NCBI GenBank assembly: GCA_035221665.1
Contig: CM069160.1
Coordinates: 34,534,001 to 34,598,000, forward strand
DNA: 64,000 nt
DNA from: Okamejei kenojei
Taxonomy: Eukaryota
Reading direction: 5' to 3'
Of the stretch, positions 37,785 to 49,973 are shown piece after piece (position 1 is the first letter of the stretch; the number at the start of each line of letters is the position of its first letter). The notes below the pieces were generated by a model that saw nothing but the letters and a program-made list of their open reading frames with translations, did no database searches and was not told the DNA's origin. The position numbers were made by a program, and so were the translations under genes.

Positions 37785-39523
37785 TTCTCCATCGCTTTGA
37801 ATTGTGGGAGAAATATATACGTCCCTTGCAGTCAAAAACAGGTGAATTGATCATGGGGATCAAGGACATGGCAGACCAATTGAATAACTACTTTGATTCT
37901 GTCTTCACTAAGGAAGACATAAATAATCTGCCGGAAATAGCAGGGGACGGGTGGTCAAATGAGATGAAGGAACGGAGTGAAATCCAGGTTAGCCGGGAAG
38001 TGGTGTTAGGTAAATTGAATGGATTAAAGGCCGATAAATCCCCAGGGCCAGATAGGCTGCATCCCAAAGTACTTGAAGTAGCCCCAGAAATAGTGGATGC
38101 ATTGGTGATAATTTTTCAAAACTCTTTAGATTCTGGAGTAGTTCCTGAGAATTGGAGGGTAGCTAATATAACCCCACTTTTTAAAAAAGTGCGGGAGAGA
38201 GAAGACTGGGAATTACAGACCAGTTAGTCTAACATCGGTAGTGGGGAAAATGCTAGAGTCAGTTATTAAAGATGGGATAGCAGCACATTTGGAAAGTGGT
38301 GAAATCATGGACAAAGTCAGCATGGATTTATGAAAGGTAAATCATGTCTGACGAATCCTATAGACTTTTTTGAGGATGTAACTAGTTGAGTGGATAAGGG
38401 AGAACCTGTTGATGTGTTATAACTGGACTTTCAGAAGGCTTTCGACAAGGTCCCACATAAGAGATTAGCATTCAAACTTAAAGCACACGGTATTGGGGGT
38501 TCAGTGTTGATGTGGATAGAGAACTGGCTGGCAGACAGGAAGCAAAGAGTAGGAGTAATCGGGTCATTTTCAGAATGGCAGGCAGTGACTAGTGGGTTAC
38601 CGCAAGGCTCAGTGCTGGGACCCCAGCTATTTACAATATATATTAATGATCTGGATGAGGGAATTGAATGCAACATCTCCAAGTTTGCGGATGACACAAA
38701 GCTGGGGGGCAGTGTTAGCTGTGAGGAGGATGCTAGGAGGCTGCAAGGTGACTTGGATAGGTTGGGTGAGTGGGCAAATGCATGGCAGATGCAGTATAAT
38801 GTGGATAAATGTGAGGTTATCCACTTTGGTGGCAAAAATAGTAGGGTAGACTATTATCTGAATGGTGACCGATTAGGAAAAGGGGAGGTGCAACGAGACC
38901 TGGGTGTCATGGTACACCAGTCATTGAAAGTAGGCATGCAGGTGCAGCAGGCAGTGAAGAAAGTGAATTGTATGTTGGCATTCATAGCAACAGGATTTGA
39001 GTACAAGAGCAGGGAGGTTCTACTGCAGTTGTACAGGATCTTGGTGAGGCCACACCTGGAGTATCGTGTACAGTTTTGTTCTCCTAATCTGAGGAAAGAC
39101 ATTCTTGCCATAGAGGGTGTGCAGAGAATGTTCACCAGACTGATTCCTGGGATGTCATTCTTAAGGCGTTGGACAGGCTAGATGCAGGAAGATTGTTCCC
39201 GATGTTGGGGAACTCCAGAACAAGGGGTCACAGTTTAAGGATAAGGGGGAAGTCATTTAGGACCGAGATGAGAAAATCATTTTTCACACAGAGAGATGTG
39301 AATCTGTGCAATTCTCTGCCACAGAATGTAGTTGTGGCCAGTTTGTTGGCTATATTTTAGAGGGAGTTAGATGTGGCCCTTGTGTCTAAAGGGATCAGGG
39401 GGTATGGAGAGAAGGCAGGTACAGGATACTGAGTTGGATGATCAGCCATGATCATATTGAATGGCAGAGCAGGCTCGAAGGGCCGAATGGCCTACTCCTG
39501 CACCTATTTTCTATGTTTCTATG
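37785..39523 (+). mobile_element. CR1 LINE, 5'-truncated
   Basis: [25 protein letters not shown] motifs; tail tttctatgtttctatg. Confidence 0.92.
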
Positions 39524-39863
39524 ATCTGGCCACCATTGCTGTCCGGTCGCCGCCTCGCCGCGACCGCTGAAAACCAACGCAGAATCACTCCCTGACCCTA
39601 GATCTGGAGTAACTCCCTGGAGTAACTCTTGCTTCTGGTTTCCTGGTCCTCCGTAATTATTCCAAATGGAATTTAAACTGAAGGTGGTGGGGGGCTGAAC
39701 AATAACAGCCTATTGCATTTTATCTGTTTATTTATTGAGTATATATATGGTCTATGGAACATAAACATGCTTTTATCTCCTGTTCTGTATTATGTTTACA
39801 TATTCTGTTGTGCTGCAACAAGCAAGAATTTCATTGTCCTATCTGGGACACACGACAATAAAA

Positions 39864-40120
39864 NNNNNNNNNNNNNNNNNNNNNNNNNNNNNNNNNNNNN
39901 NNNNNNNNNNNNNNNNNNNNNNNNNNNNNNNNNNNNNNNNNNNNNNNNNNNNNNNNNNNNNNNNNNNNNNNNNNNNNNNNNNNNNNNNNNNNNNNNNNNN
40001 NNNNNNNNNNNNNNNNNNNNNNNNNNNNNNNNNNNNNNNNNNNNNNNNNNNNNNNNNNNNNNNNNNNNNNNNNNNNNNNNNNNNNNNNNNNNNNNNNNNN
40101 NNNNNNNNNNNNNNNNNNNN
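39864..40120. other. Assembly gap (N run)
   Basis: Run of n characters. Confidence 1.
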
Positions 40121-41001
40121 GGATTGATAAAGTTCTATCGTATAGTATCGTGTGTGTAGGAAGGAACTGCAGATGCTGGACATAGACACAAAACTGAAGA
40201 TAGACACAAAAAGCTGGAGTAACTCAACAGGTCAGACAGAATCTATGGACAAAAGGTAAATATTACCTTTTGGGTTGGGTCTGAAAGATTCCTCCACAAC
40301 TTTGGAATGTGGAAGGAAACAAGAGCACCCGGAGAAAACCCATGCGATCAAAGATCAAAGATCCATGCAGACAGCACCCATATTCAGGATCAATTCCGGA
40401 TCTCTGGCACATTTAAGCAGCAACTTTATGGCCAATGTACTGCCCCATAGTCTTGAACTGAATTAAAACATACAGTAGCTGTAAATGGGGACATAGCATC
40501 ACTTGGAGATTTATGACTGAAAATAGTAAGATTAAATGAGAACTTACCAGTTTGAAGTTTGATCTTTATTTTATGAGGAGTTGCGATGAGGGATTTCGTG
40601 AAGACCCCGCCAGCACGCATGCGCGCCATTCTTGAAAGCAGCGGTGTCCGAATCACAGAATTAAACAACAATGACTAATATAGTAAGATTGAAGAGACTC
40701 TATTTACCAGTTGACATTATAGTAGAGGGTTGGGAGCGGAGGGCGCGAAATCCCTCATCGCAACTCCTCATAAAATAAAGATCAAACTTCAAACTGGTAA
40801 GTTCTCATTTAATCTAACTATTTCATTTCGGAGTCATGAGAGTGACTTCGTGAAGATTTCAAAGCTCTGTGATTACATGCCCTGGATCGCGTCCATGCTC
40901 ACACACTGCCGCAATTCTGATGGAAGGAGTATGTTAACGTATTTCAGACTTGACAAGATGAAAAAATAATATAGTATTTATCAACACAAATCAAAAACCC
41001 C

Positions 41002-42062
41002 TCACTCGGGGATAAACGTTTCTTGGTGACCAGTACTTAACACTGTCTCCGCAAACGTAGCAGGAGCGGCCACAGGTTCATTATAAAACCGCTGGAATGT
41101 AGCTTCGCTGGCCCAGCCCGCTGTAGCGAGGATATGGTCCATGGGAACCTCCATGGTCCTCGCCGCTGATGTGGATGCAGCCCTGGTAGAATTGGATTTA
41201 AAGATATTAGTATCAATACCTGCTGCATCCAATACCACCCTGAGCCACCTGGAAATCGTCTGCACCGTCACCCTGTGATGGGGTTTCTTATGGCTGATCA
41301 GCAGGCCTTTCTCCATTTTCCTGATGGTATGCGTCACTTTTATATAGTGACGTATGTAGGTGGCTATGCAGAGCCTCACATCAACGGGCTATGCTGGAAA
41401 TATTAATTGCAGCCCTGTAATCCCAGGTCTGTGCTGCTTGAGTAACTCATCAATAAAGAAAGTTACTCTCTCAGGGGTTGAGACCATGTTATCCAACTTT
41501 ATCTTTTGCAAGGTCTGGACCCAATGAGCCGATGTTAGCGCCATTAACATCACCATCTTCAGGGTGAGTTTATCCAGCGGTAGTCCAATCATTGGCGACC
41601 AACTCCTGAGTAGGGTCAATACTACCCCTATGTCCCAGGTGATGTTGTATCGTGGTCGGGGAGGGTTCGAATTGAAGATACCCCTCATCAATTTGGACAC
41701 GAGCTGGTGAGATCCTACTCCTATACAAAGGTAGGATGACGTGCGCTCCTGGCACTGTTGATGGCGCTGTAGCTGAGGCCCTCATCATGGTGCAGCCCCG
41801 CGAGGAATTCCAACACATGGGGAATCGTGGCAGAGTCATACGTGATGTTAATCCGGCTGCAGTAGGCCTCCCATTTCCTGATTTGAGTGAGGTACTGCCG
41901 TCTAGTGGATACTCTGCACGATGCTGCAATGGTGTCCATGGTCCTTGGTGTTAGTCTGTATTGCAGGAGTGGCCTCTTCAGAACCTGCAGGCCAACAGGT
42001 TCAGATGACCATGGCATGGATGGTATTCCCCTGTAGTGGGGATAGTCACCAAATCCGGGCAC
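41002..42062 (-). pseudogene. DIRS tyrosine recombinase (frameshifted)
   Basis: Y..QIRKW, GLSYSAINSARSA, KLMRGIFN..PPRPRY..TWD, NSTRAASTS, AGWASEATFQRFY; split over three frames; expected catalytic R and H read as W and N. Confidence 0.88.
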
Positions 42063-42350
42063 TTGTTAATATGTGCCCATGGTTCTTTAATCATCTCAAG
42101 GACCACCGGATACCATGGTTGTGTAGGCCAGTCGGGTATTATTAAGATGCCTGTTGCAGAATCTGATTTTATTTTCTGCAACACCCGACTGATGAGACAA
42201 AATGGAGGAAATGCATAGAAAAACCATTTCCCCCAGTGCAGCGAGAAAGCGTCCATCGCTACTGCCAGGATCTGGTTCCCAAGATACATATGTTGGTATC
42301 TGATGGTTCAATTTGGACGCAAAAAGGTCGATATCTGGTGTTCCAAATTT
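41978..42350 (-). pseudogene. DIRS DNA N6-adenine methyltransferase-like domain (frameshifted)
   Basis: DIDLFAS, AMDAFSLHW, YAFPPF, ILIIPDWPTQPWYP. Confidence 0.8.
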
Positions 42351-43986
42351 GGCGATAATTTTAGCAAATATTTGGGGATTCAACATCCACTCAATGTTAT
42401 CATTGAATACACGTGACCTGGTGTCCGCCACTGTATTGAGCTTACCTGGAAGGTAGGTAGCTGATATCCAAATATTTCTTTCTATGCACCAGAGCCAGAT
42501 TGAGTTTGCCATTTCATCACAAGATATTGACTTGATACCACCCATATGATTTAAGTATGCCACCACAGTGGTGTTATCTATTTGAAGACGGACATGCGTA
42601 ATGACATAAATTCATGCAATAAGCTCGTAGTCCATGAAATGCTCCTAGCATCTCCAAATAGTTTATCCCTTGTGATAATAGAAGGGTAGATTCGTGTAAA
42701 TCCCATCTACCGCCACAACTGGAAGTAGTGTTGGTAGCTCCCCAGCCTTGGGGGCTTGCGTCGGTTTGTACTACGACTGACGGGTTCGGTACAATAATGG
42801 GATTGAATGAGTCACGAATATTATCAATCCACCATTGTAGCTCAACTTTTGCCTTGATTGGCAGCTGCATAGGTCTATCAAAATGTCCAGCATTTGTTTT
42901 TAATGCTGAAATTTTTGTTCTTTGCAAATTTTGATAGTGTAGAGGGCCAAATCGTGCAGCTGGAAATGTAGCTACTAATTTCCCAATTACCTTAGCAGCA
43001 TGTCTGATTGTTGGTATCCTGGCGCAAGCAAGGTTGTTACATGCTTCAATAACATCCATTGCCTTGTTATCTGGGATGGTAACAATCATTTGATTGGTGT
43101 TAATTGTGAACCCCAGATAGTTCATGACCTGTGAAGGGTAGAACTTAGATTTGTCTGGATGGATGACAAACCCTAATTTTTGAAACAATGTCTTAGTAGA
43201 TGCTACTGCTAAATTTGTCGATTCCATGGTCTTCCCCACAATCAAGATGTCGTCTGAATATGCCATGACAATATGGTTTTGTTTCCTCAGGGATGCCAAT
43301 ACTGGTTTCAAAATTTGTGTAAATAACATAGGGGCTGTTGTAAGCCCATTAGGTAGGGCTCTATATTGCCATAGCTGATCCATCCAAACAAACTTCAAGA
43401 ACTTTTGGTGATGTTTCCGTATGGATACTGAATAGTATGCATCTTTTAAATCGATGCATGCCATGAAGCACCCTTTGGAAATCAGTGAGTTAGCTGTTTC
43501 AAATGTGTCCATTTTAAAATGCGTATATTTTACAAAAGTATTCAAATGGGTTAAATCAATAATAATCCGACATCCACCATCTTTTTTGGTTTTGGCAAAG
43601 ATGTTGGATACGAACTCAAGAGGTTCGTGCATTGTTTTCTCTATCACCCCTTTTGCATGTAGCCGCAAAATTTCCTCATGTCCTTCCGCTATTTCCTTAT
43701 GGGAAAGTGCAAATTTCCGGTCTGGTACATGTTGAGGCGGGGGAAGTTGATCATTTATGAATTCAATTTCATACCCCTGAATACATTGTAAAATAAATGA
43801 GTCTGAAGTTATAGAGCTCCATGCATCCCAGAATAAACGTAATCTCCCACCAACTTGTGAGGTTAAACATGCAGCACTCGCATGAGAACCAGACCCCCTT
43901 ACCTCAATGGTTACCGGCGGGGCCTGACGGTCTGGGTTTTTGCGCTCCATTGTGTTGCTGGATTGTGGGGTTGGCGCATCTTCCAC
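42096..43986 (-). pseudogene. DIRS reverse transcriptase / RNase H (frameshift near 42570)
   Basis: VGGRL, KKDGGCRIIIDL, IDLKDAYY, LPNGL..AP, YSDD, TDAS..GWG, INYLE, YLPGKLNTVAD. Confidence 0.92.
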
Positions 43987-45155
43987 GCCGGTCGCTGTTG
44001 GCCGTGCTCTAAAAAAGGCTTTTGTTGTTGGGGTGCGGCCGGCGTGTAGGTCCTTGCTGATCTTTCAGGTGGCCCCCGAGGTCTTACATATGGTGTTTGT
44101 CTGCGCGTTGCCGGCCTGCTGGAGGGAGGTGGTTTCATCAAACCGACTGCCTTCGCCTCCTCGTCCAGGTCCTTGACCTGTTTGGACAGGTCCTCACCGA
44201 ACAGCGGTCTCGGTGGTGGCGTCGCAGATGCCTTGCACAACCCCGCGAACTTGGGGTTGAGAGTCGGCTTGATGGAGATTTTTCGGAAAGTGTTGATTTC
44301 GTACCGTGTGTTACACAATAACGCAAGAGCATCTTCCTGCTCCTCCGTCATCTCCGTGCTGTCAATCGATCTGGCAAAGGCAGTGATCCCCGACGTCAAC
44401 AGTTTCAGGATTTTTTGTAGTTTGAGTTCCTGTGCCCTTATTCCTGGACTGATGTTACCCCAGATGGGCGTGTTGACTGTCAGTACATTCAATGATACAC
44501 AGTTGTTCGGGGCCTTGTATTTGTTCATTGCCTCGGTTAGGACCTGATCCTGCAGCTGGTGTGTAGTAAGGAAGTCGATGCTTGCCGCTAGTTTGGGCCA
44601 CAATGGCTGTCCTGAGTGCTTTGGCTGGGCAAATTTGGAAATCTGGGCACATCCAGAAGTTCCTCTTGGGGTTTCTCAGGTGCTGCAGGTTCTTGCGCCA
44701 ATCCTTCTTCCACGTCAGCCAGCTGCTGACTCCTGGCACTCCCCACCGATGACGGGGACATGCTGGCTGGCCCAGTAGCATGTCTCCTGGAACTGGAGGA
44801 CATCCGGTCCTGCTGCTGGAGATTTTGGTCTAGGAGTCGCTCCATCATGCGCTCCATGCGGGCCATGCGACCGCCGCCGCTATCTGTGGACAAGTCGACT
44901 TCCTCAGATTCTCCTGAACTACTAAGGCTTCTGCCATCGGCCCGCATGTCTAGGGTGCCTAGGCAGGATGTCACTGCCTGCCGTTCCAGCGGGGCTTTGC
45001 GACTCCCGCGCGGACATGCCGCTAGTCCGTAGTCTTCCGGACTGTGGCGGCCCACCTGTCTGGAAAGACATGAGCGGTGAGGAGTCGGTTCCAGCCGCCG
45101 AAGCGGGGTTCACCGATGTCCGTGCGGGCTTGCCGCCTGTCTTCCCCCGGGACAA
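43911..45155 (-). pseudogene. DIRS ORF1 (gag-like), broken
   Basis: ORFs 43911-44603, 44455-44781, 44588-45055 and 44922-45155 upstream of and overlapping the RT; LFGEDLSKQVKDL motif. Confidence 0.7.
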
Positions 45156-46145
45156 GGCGACGTTCGGTCACGTACAGCCGCTAACACGGGGTGCGGTGAC
45201 CGAGATGATATACCACCGGCCCGCAATCTGGCAGACTCCCCCGGTGGTGAGTCTGTGCCGGCCGCACCTGCGGGGCTCCCAGACTCTGACCTCGATCCCT
45301 CACCGGTCCGCGATCTGGCGAACTGCTCCGGTGGTAAGTCGACGCTGGCCGCTGCAGCGGGGCTCTTCGACTTTCGTGCGGTTCTTCCCCTGGTCCGCCC
45401 TCTGGTGACCTGTATAGGAGGGGAGACAAAACGTGCCGCAGAGCGGGTAACACGTTTACGCACCTTTTTCCCATTGTCCCTACGTTTAGGTGACAGTGGT
45501 AGGGAGTCAGGGTCTTGCCTATCCTGGTAGAGTAGGGCTCCCCAACTTCTGCCGGGCTTTTCCCGGCCCGACGAGTGGGTGCTGCCGTTGTAGCGGGCAG
45601 CTCCGGGGAATGCAGCCACTGACTCCTGTCGGAAGTCCTGCGGCTGGAGGTGTATTTCAAACTCCTTTCCATCGTCCCTGTGAACAAAAATTCTATCCAC
45701 AGGAACTAACCAACTCAAGATTAGTTCCTTTTTCCTGAGCGGTCCTTTTTGAGGGGCTGCTGGAGGAGCGCACTCTCCCCCTCCCCCCCCCTGCGTGCGT
45801 GCAGGCGGGGTCTTCACGAAGTCACTCACGTGACTCCGAAATAAAATTGATATTTTCATTGTTTTAGTAACCAAAGTTATCAACGTATAATTTTTTTTTG
45901 TGTTGGAAAACAAAATATAGTGGCACAGCTGGTAGACTTGCTGCCTTATACGCCAGAGATCTGTGTTCGATCCTGTCCTCGGGCACTGTCTGTGTTGAAT
46001 TTGCACATTCTCCCTGCAAGCTGGTGGGTTTCCTCCCACATCCCAAAGATGCATTGGCTTTGTAGGTTAACTTGTCTGTGTGAAATTGTCCCTAACTTGT
46101 AGGGAGTGGGTGAGGAAAGTGGGATAATAGAACTTGTGTGAATGG

Positions 46146-46645
46146 GTAGACAAAAATGCAGGAGAAACTCAGCGGGTGAGGCAGCATGAAATTTTGTTCA
46201 GACCTTTCGGTCCGAATGACAATAAAGGTAGCATTTCATTTCATTTCAGCATCTATGGAGCGAAGGAAATAGGCGACGTTTTGGGTCGAGACCCTTCTTC
46301 AGACTGATGTGAGGGTGGGGGGGACGGGAAGACGAAAGGAAGAGGTGGAATCAGTGGGCTGGGGGAGAGCTGGGTAGGGGAGGCGAAAGCAGGGATTACC
46401 TGAAATTGAAGAAGTCATTGTTCATACCGCTGGGGTGTAAACTGCCCAAGCGAAATATGAGGTGCTGCTCCTCAATTTACGATGGGCCTCACTCTGGCCA
46501 TGGAAGAGGCCCAGGACAGAAAAGTCGGATTCTGAATGGGAGGGGGAGTTGAAGTGCTGAGCCACCGGGATATCAGGTTGGTTATTGCGAACTGAGTGGA
46601 GGTGCTGTGTGAAGCGATCGCCAAGCCTGCGCTTGGTCTCACGGA
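46146..46645 (-). mobile_element. Penelope-like 3' fragment
   Basis: ETKRRLGDRFTQHLHSVRNNQPDIPVAQHFNS followed by the tail repeat. Confidence 0.85.
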
Positions 46646-47452
46646 GGTTAATCACCACTGACTAATCCAACAACAATTTTGTTTGGAAATGGAAAGAAAT
46701 AATAGAAATTGCATTAATTGCAAAGTGTAAAAATATTTGAGATACTGTATTATAATTTTGCTGCATGCCATTGTGGTATATATCATGCCTTGATTGCTGA
46801 ATATGTTTAGTTTGTGACTTTATTTGAAGCAGAAATAATATGTGAATGATTCATTGAGCATAATTCCGACTAGTAACTACGCACTTCGTCCGAGCACATT
46901 ATCGCATGCGTCATGCAAGCCATCTTAAATGACCACCTAAACTGTCATTTGGCAACTTAAAAAGGCTGCGAAGGTTGCCCGACTGACAACAGGGAAAAAA
47001 AATTAAGTGAGAGGCCTGCAAGGTGTGTAATATTTTTGACACTGTCATAGGCCTTTCTTACATAATCTGTCACAACGCACTGTAGTCTCTAAACAACCCT
47101 TCAGTAATTTTCCTTGCCCTCCATTTCAGAATAATAATATTTTAAGCCAATAACTCGACACCAGCACTGGCAATATATAAATAAATAAATGTAACACAGC
47201 TTTCCTGCCCCTTATCTCATTGGCCACCCTCGGCTGCAAATCGGTGTCAATCTGGTGGACCATCTTCCTCTAGTCGTGGCGGTGGGGGATTGGGAGGGGC
47301 TCACAAGTGGAACAGCCTAGACCTCTCTTCATCTAAATCCGGCCCTGGGCCCCGGCGTCCTCTGCTGCTCACTGACCAGGCACACGGAAAGCCCTTTCCA
47401 TGTCAAGATACACATGTAACAATTGTTTTTACCGATTACATCCAGATTGCAG

Positions 47453-47551
47453 GATTTGGACTCCGGCCCTGGATCCGCTTGGGGGAAAGCACCACGCAAG
47501 GAGTGCGTGTGGTGTGTAAGTCCAATGGATGGTTTCCAAGCCGGAGATACG
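47453..47551 (+). pseudogene. Truncated IgC exon of gene C (duplication breakpoint)
   Basis: GFGLRPWIRLGESTTQGVRVVCKSNGWFP, then a 1-nt deletion and an abrupt switch to sequence homologous to ~36840 onward. Confidence 0.9.
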
Positions 47552-47960
47552 TTGTGGGGGGGGGGGTTCAGAGGCTGGATCAAAATCAAAATGTACAACA
47601 AAGTGAAGGCAGAGTGTTCTGTGTACCCATAACCTGTTTAATTAGTGGGAAAGGAAAGTACACAAGAATATGTGGCTATTGAACTGCAGAGGCTAGTTTG
47701 TACCGAAGGCAGACACAAAATGCTGGAACAACTCACTGGGTCAGGCAGAGGGATAGGTGACGTTTCAGATCAAAAATATATGCAGCAGCTTTCGTTATGC
47801 ATTATTCAATCTTTCATTGAAAGACTAAGAGCAATGTATCCAGACCAATGATATTTGGAAGAGTTCCAAACTATAACAAAATAATCACATTTGCTTTCTT
47901 TAAATCGCCTGCAGGAAAGATTCCACAAATATTCTGAAGCTTAACCATTGTATTTTCTAG

Positions 47961-48308
47961 AGGAGTTCTCTGTGATTGTGCCGGACTATCCGGTGGTGGT
48001 CATGGTGGGTGAAGATGTCCTATTGGAATGTCAGAAGGTACCGGATACATCACTGGACGCTCTGGAGGTCCGATGGTTTACAACGAGCCCGGGGTCACCG
48101 GTACATTTATACACCGACGGCCAGGACCGAGCTGAGGTGCAGGACGGGGCTTACCGAGGGAGGACGGAGCTTATTCGGGAAGAGTTTCCCCGTGGAAACG
48201 CATCGCTTAAACTGAAGAGGGTCAAAGTATCAGATGCTGGAATGTACACGTGTTCCATCAGCACCCCCACGTACAGTCAGCAGGCGGCGCTGTGGCTGCA
48301 GGTTGAAG
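47961..48308 (+). CDS. Butyrophilin-like gene C, IgV exon copy 2
   Basis: 348 nt, open frame, intact splice sites; 7 nt differences from 37340-37687 by manual comparison. Confidence 0.93.
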
Positions 48309-48936
48309 GTGAGTCCCTCTGGAGGCACAGAGTTCACACCAGGGTTTACACCGGGAATGTCAGTAAGCTGCCCCCCAGACTGGGATTTTACTGGGAAGTT
48401 CGAGGGTTACCGACAGTGCAGACCGCTGCCTCGGCATAGGCTGGGAGTGACAGGGCCTGGAACGGAATGACAACAGCGAGGTTGTGTGTAGGAAGGAACT
48501 GCAGATGCAGGTTTACACCGAATGTAGACATAAAATGCAGGAGTAACTCTGCAGGACAGGCAGCATGTGTGGAGAGAAGGAATGGGTGACGTTTCGGGTC
48601 GAGACCCATCTGAAGACTGAGAATCATGGGAGAGGGAGTCTAGAGATATGGAAGGGTAAGGTGTGAAAAAGATGAATCAAAGGGGACGCGGTTCAAGTAA
48701 AATGTAGAACGGATCATTGTTAGTTGAAGGGGAAGGTGACAACGAGGCGATGGGGCGGTAACGCAGCGGTACCCCGTGACCCATCCAATGATCGTTGGAG
48801 TTCCCACCGCTGCTCTTTCTGTGGCTCTTCAGGCCCCGGCGTCATCTGCTGCTCACTGACCCTGCACACGGAAAGCCCTTTCCATGCCGAGATACATGTG
48901 TAACAATCGTGTTTACCGATTACATCCCGATTGCAG

Positions 48937-49681
48937 TTTGCACATCGGGCCAATAGATCTGTGGATGACGCAGTCAACCTAGGCCTGCACTTCATCCTCC
49001 AGCACCTAGACTGCCAGGGGACCTATGCAAGGATTTTGTTTGTGGATTTTAGCTCTGCATTCAACACCATTGTGCCAGAGCTACTACACTCCATATTCTC
49101 CACATTGACTGTGCCTGAACCTCTCCGTCAGTGGATCACCAGCTTCCTGACAGACAGGAAGCAGCATGTGAGGCTGGAAAAGCACATCTCGGCCCCGCAG
49201 ACCCTCAGCATAGGAGCACCACTAGGCTGCGTACTCTCTCCTCTCCTCGATTCTCTCTACACCAACGACTGCACCTCCACTCCTCTGTCAAGCTTCTCAC
49301 GTTTGCGGACGACACAACCCTGATTGGACTAATCCAGGATGGGGAGGAATCTGCCTACAGACAGGAAGTGGCACAGCTGGTGTCCTGGTGCCTTCGTAAC
49401 AACCTGGAGCTCAATGCTCTTAAAACAGTGGAATTGATTGTAGACTTTAGGAGAGCTCCCCCTCCCCTCACCCCACTCGTTTGTCTACACCAAACACATT
49501 AACATGACCTGACACATTGACCACCTTGGAAAGTGCGTGACTTCTTTCTCAAGGCACGACATCAATATAAACGCTCATACTGTCACTGTATGCCATGTTG
49601 TCACTTGTGGGCGGAGCACCAAGGCAAATTCCTTGTATGTGAATACTTGGCCAATAAACTTATTCATTCATCCATTCATTC
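48937..49681 (+). mobile_element. Rex1/Babar-like LINE fragment inserted at the IgC splice acceptor
   Basis: QFAHRANRSVDDAV..ARILFVDFSSAFNTI..FADDTTLIGLI; (CATT)n tail; TSD attgcag at 48930-48936 and 49682-49688. Confidence 0.88.
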
Positions 49682-49688
49682 ATTGCAG

Positions 49689-49973
49689 GATTTGGCCTCC
49701 GGCCCTGGATCCGCTTGGAGGAAAGCACCACGCAAGGAGTGCGTGTGGCGTGTACGTCGAATGGATGGTTTCCCAAGCCGGAGATACGGTGGCTGGATGG
49801 GAGTGGACAAGATGTGACAGCGTGGTCTGACACACTGTTCACTGATGACTCCAGCGGGCTGATCACTGTCCACAGTCACATCGATGTCACAAGTGATTCT
49901 GTGAACAGGTATTCCTGTTTCATACGAAGTAGGTCAACGGGGAAAACACGAGAGGCCCATCTCCAGATATCAG
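49689..49973 (+). CDS. Butyrophilin-like gene C, IgC exon
   Basis: GFGLRPWIRLEESTTQGVRVACTSNGWFPKPEIRW...YSCFIRS...HLQIS; 285 nt, ttgcag / gtacgt. Confidence 0.92.

Larger units (their letters stand above)
40520..45846 (-). mobile_element. Full-length DIRS1-type tyrosine-recombinase retrotransposon
   Basis: Gag-like, RT/RNaseH, methyltransferase and YR frames; inverted termini (40595-40622 vs 45791-45820); internal complementary region 40746-40856 matches both ends; AAAA at both junctions. Confidence 0.95.

Noticed and set aside
41978-42350. Methyltransferase plus tyrosine recombinase as a sign of phage or bacterial contamination
   Set aside because: Both are normal parts of DIRS1 elements and lie within its termini.
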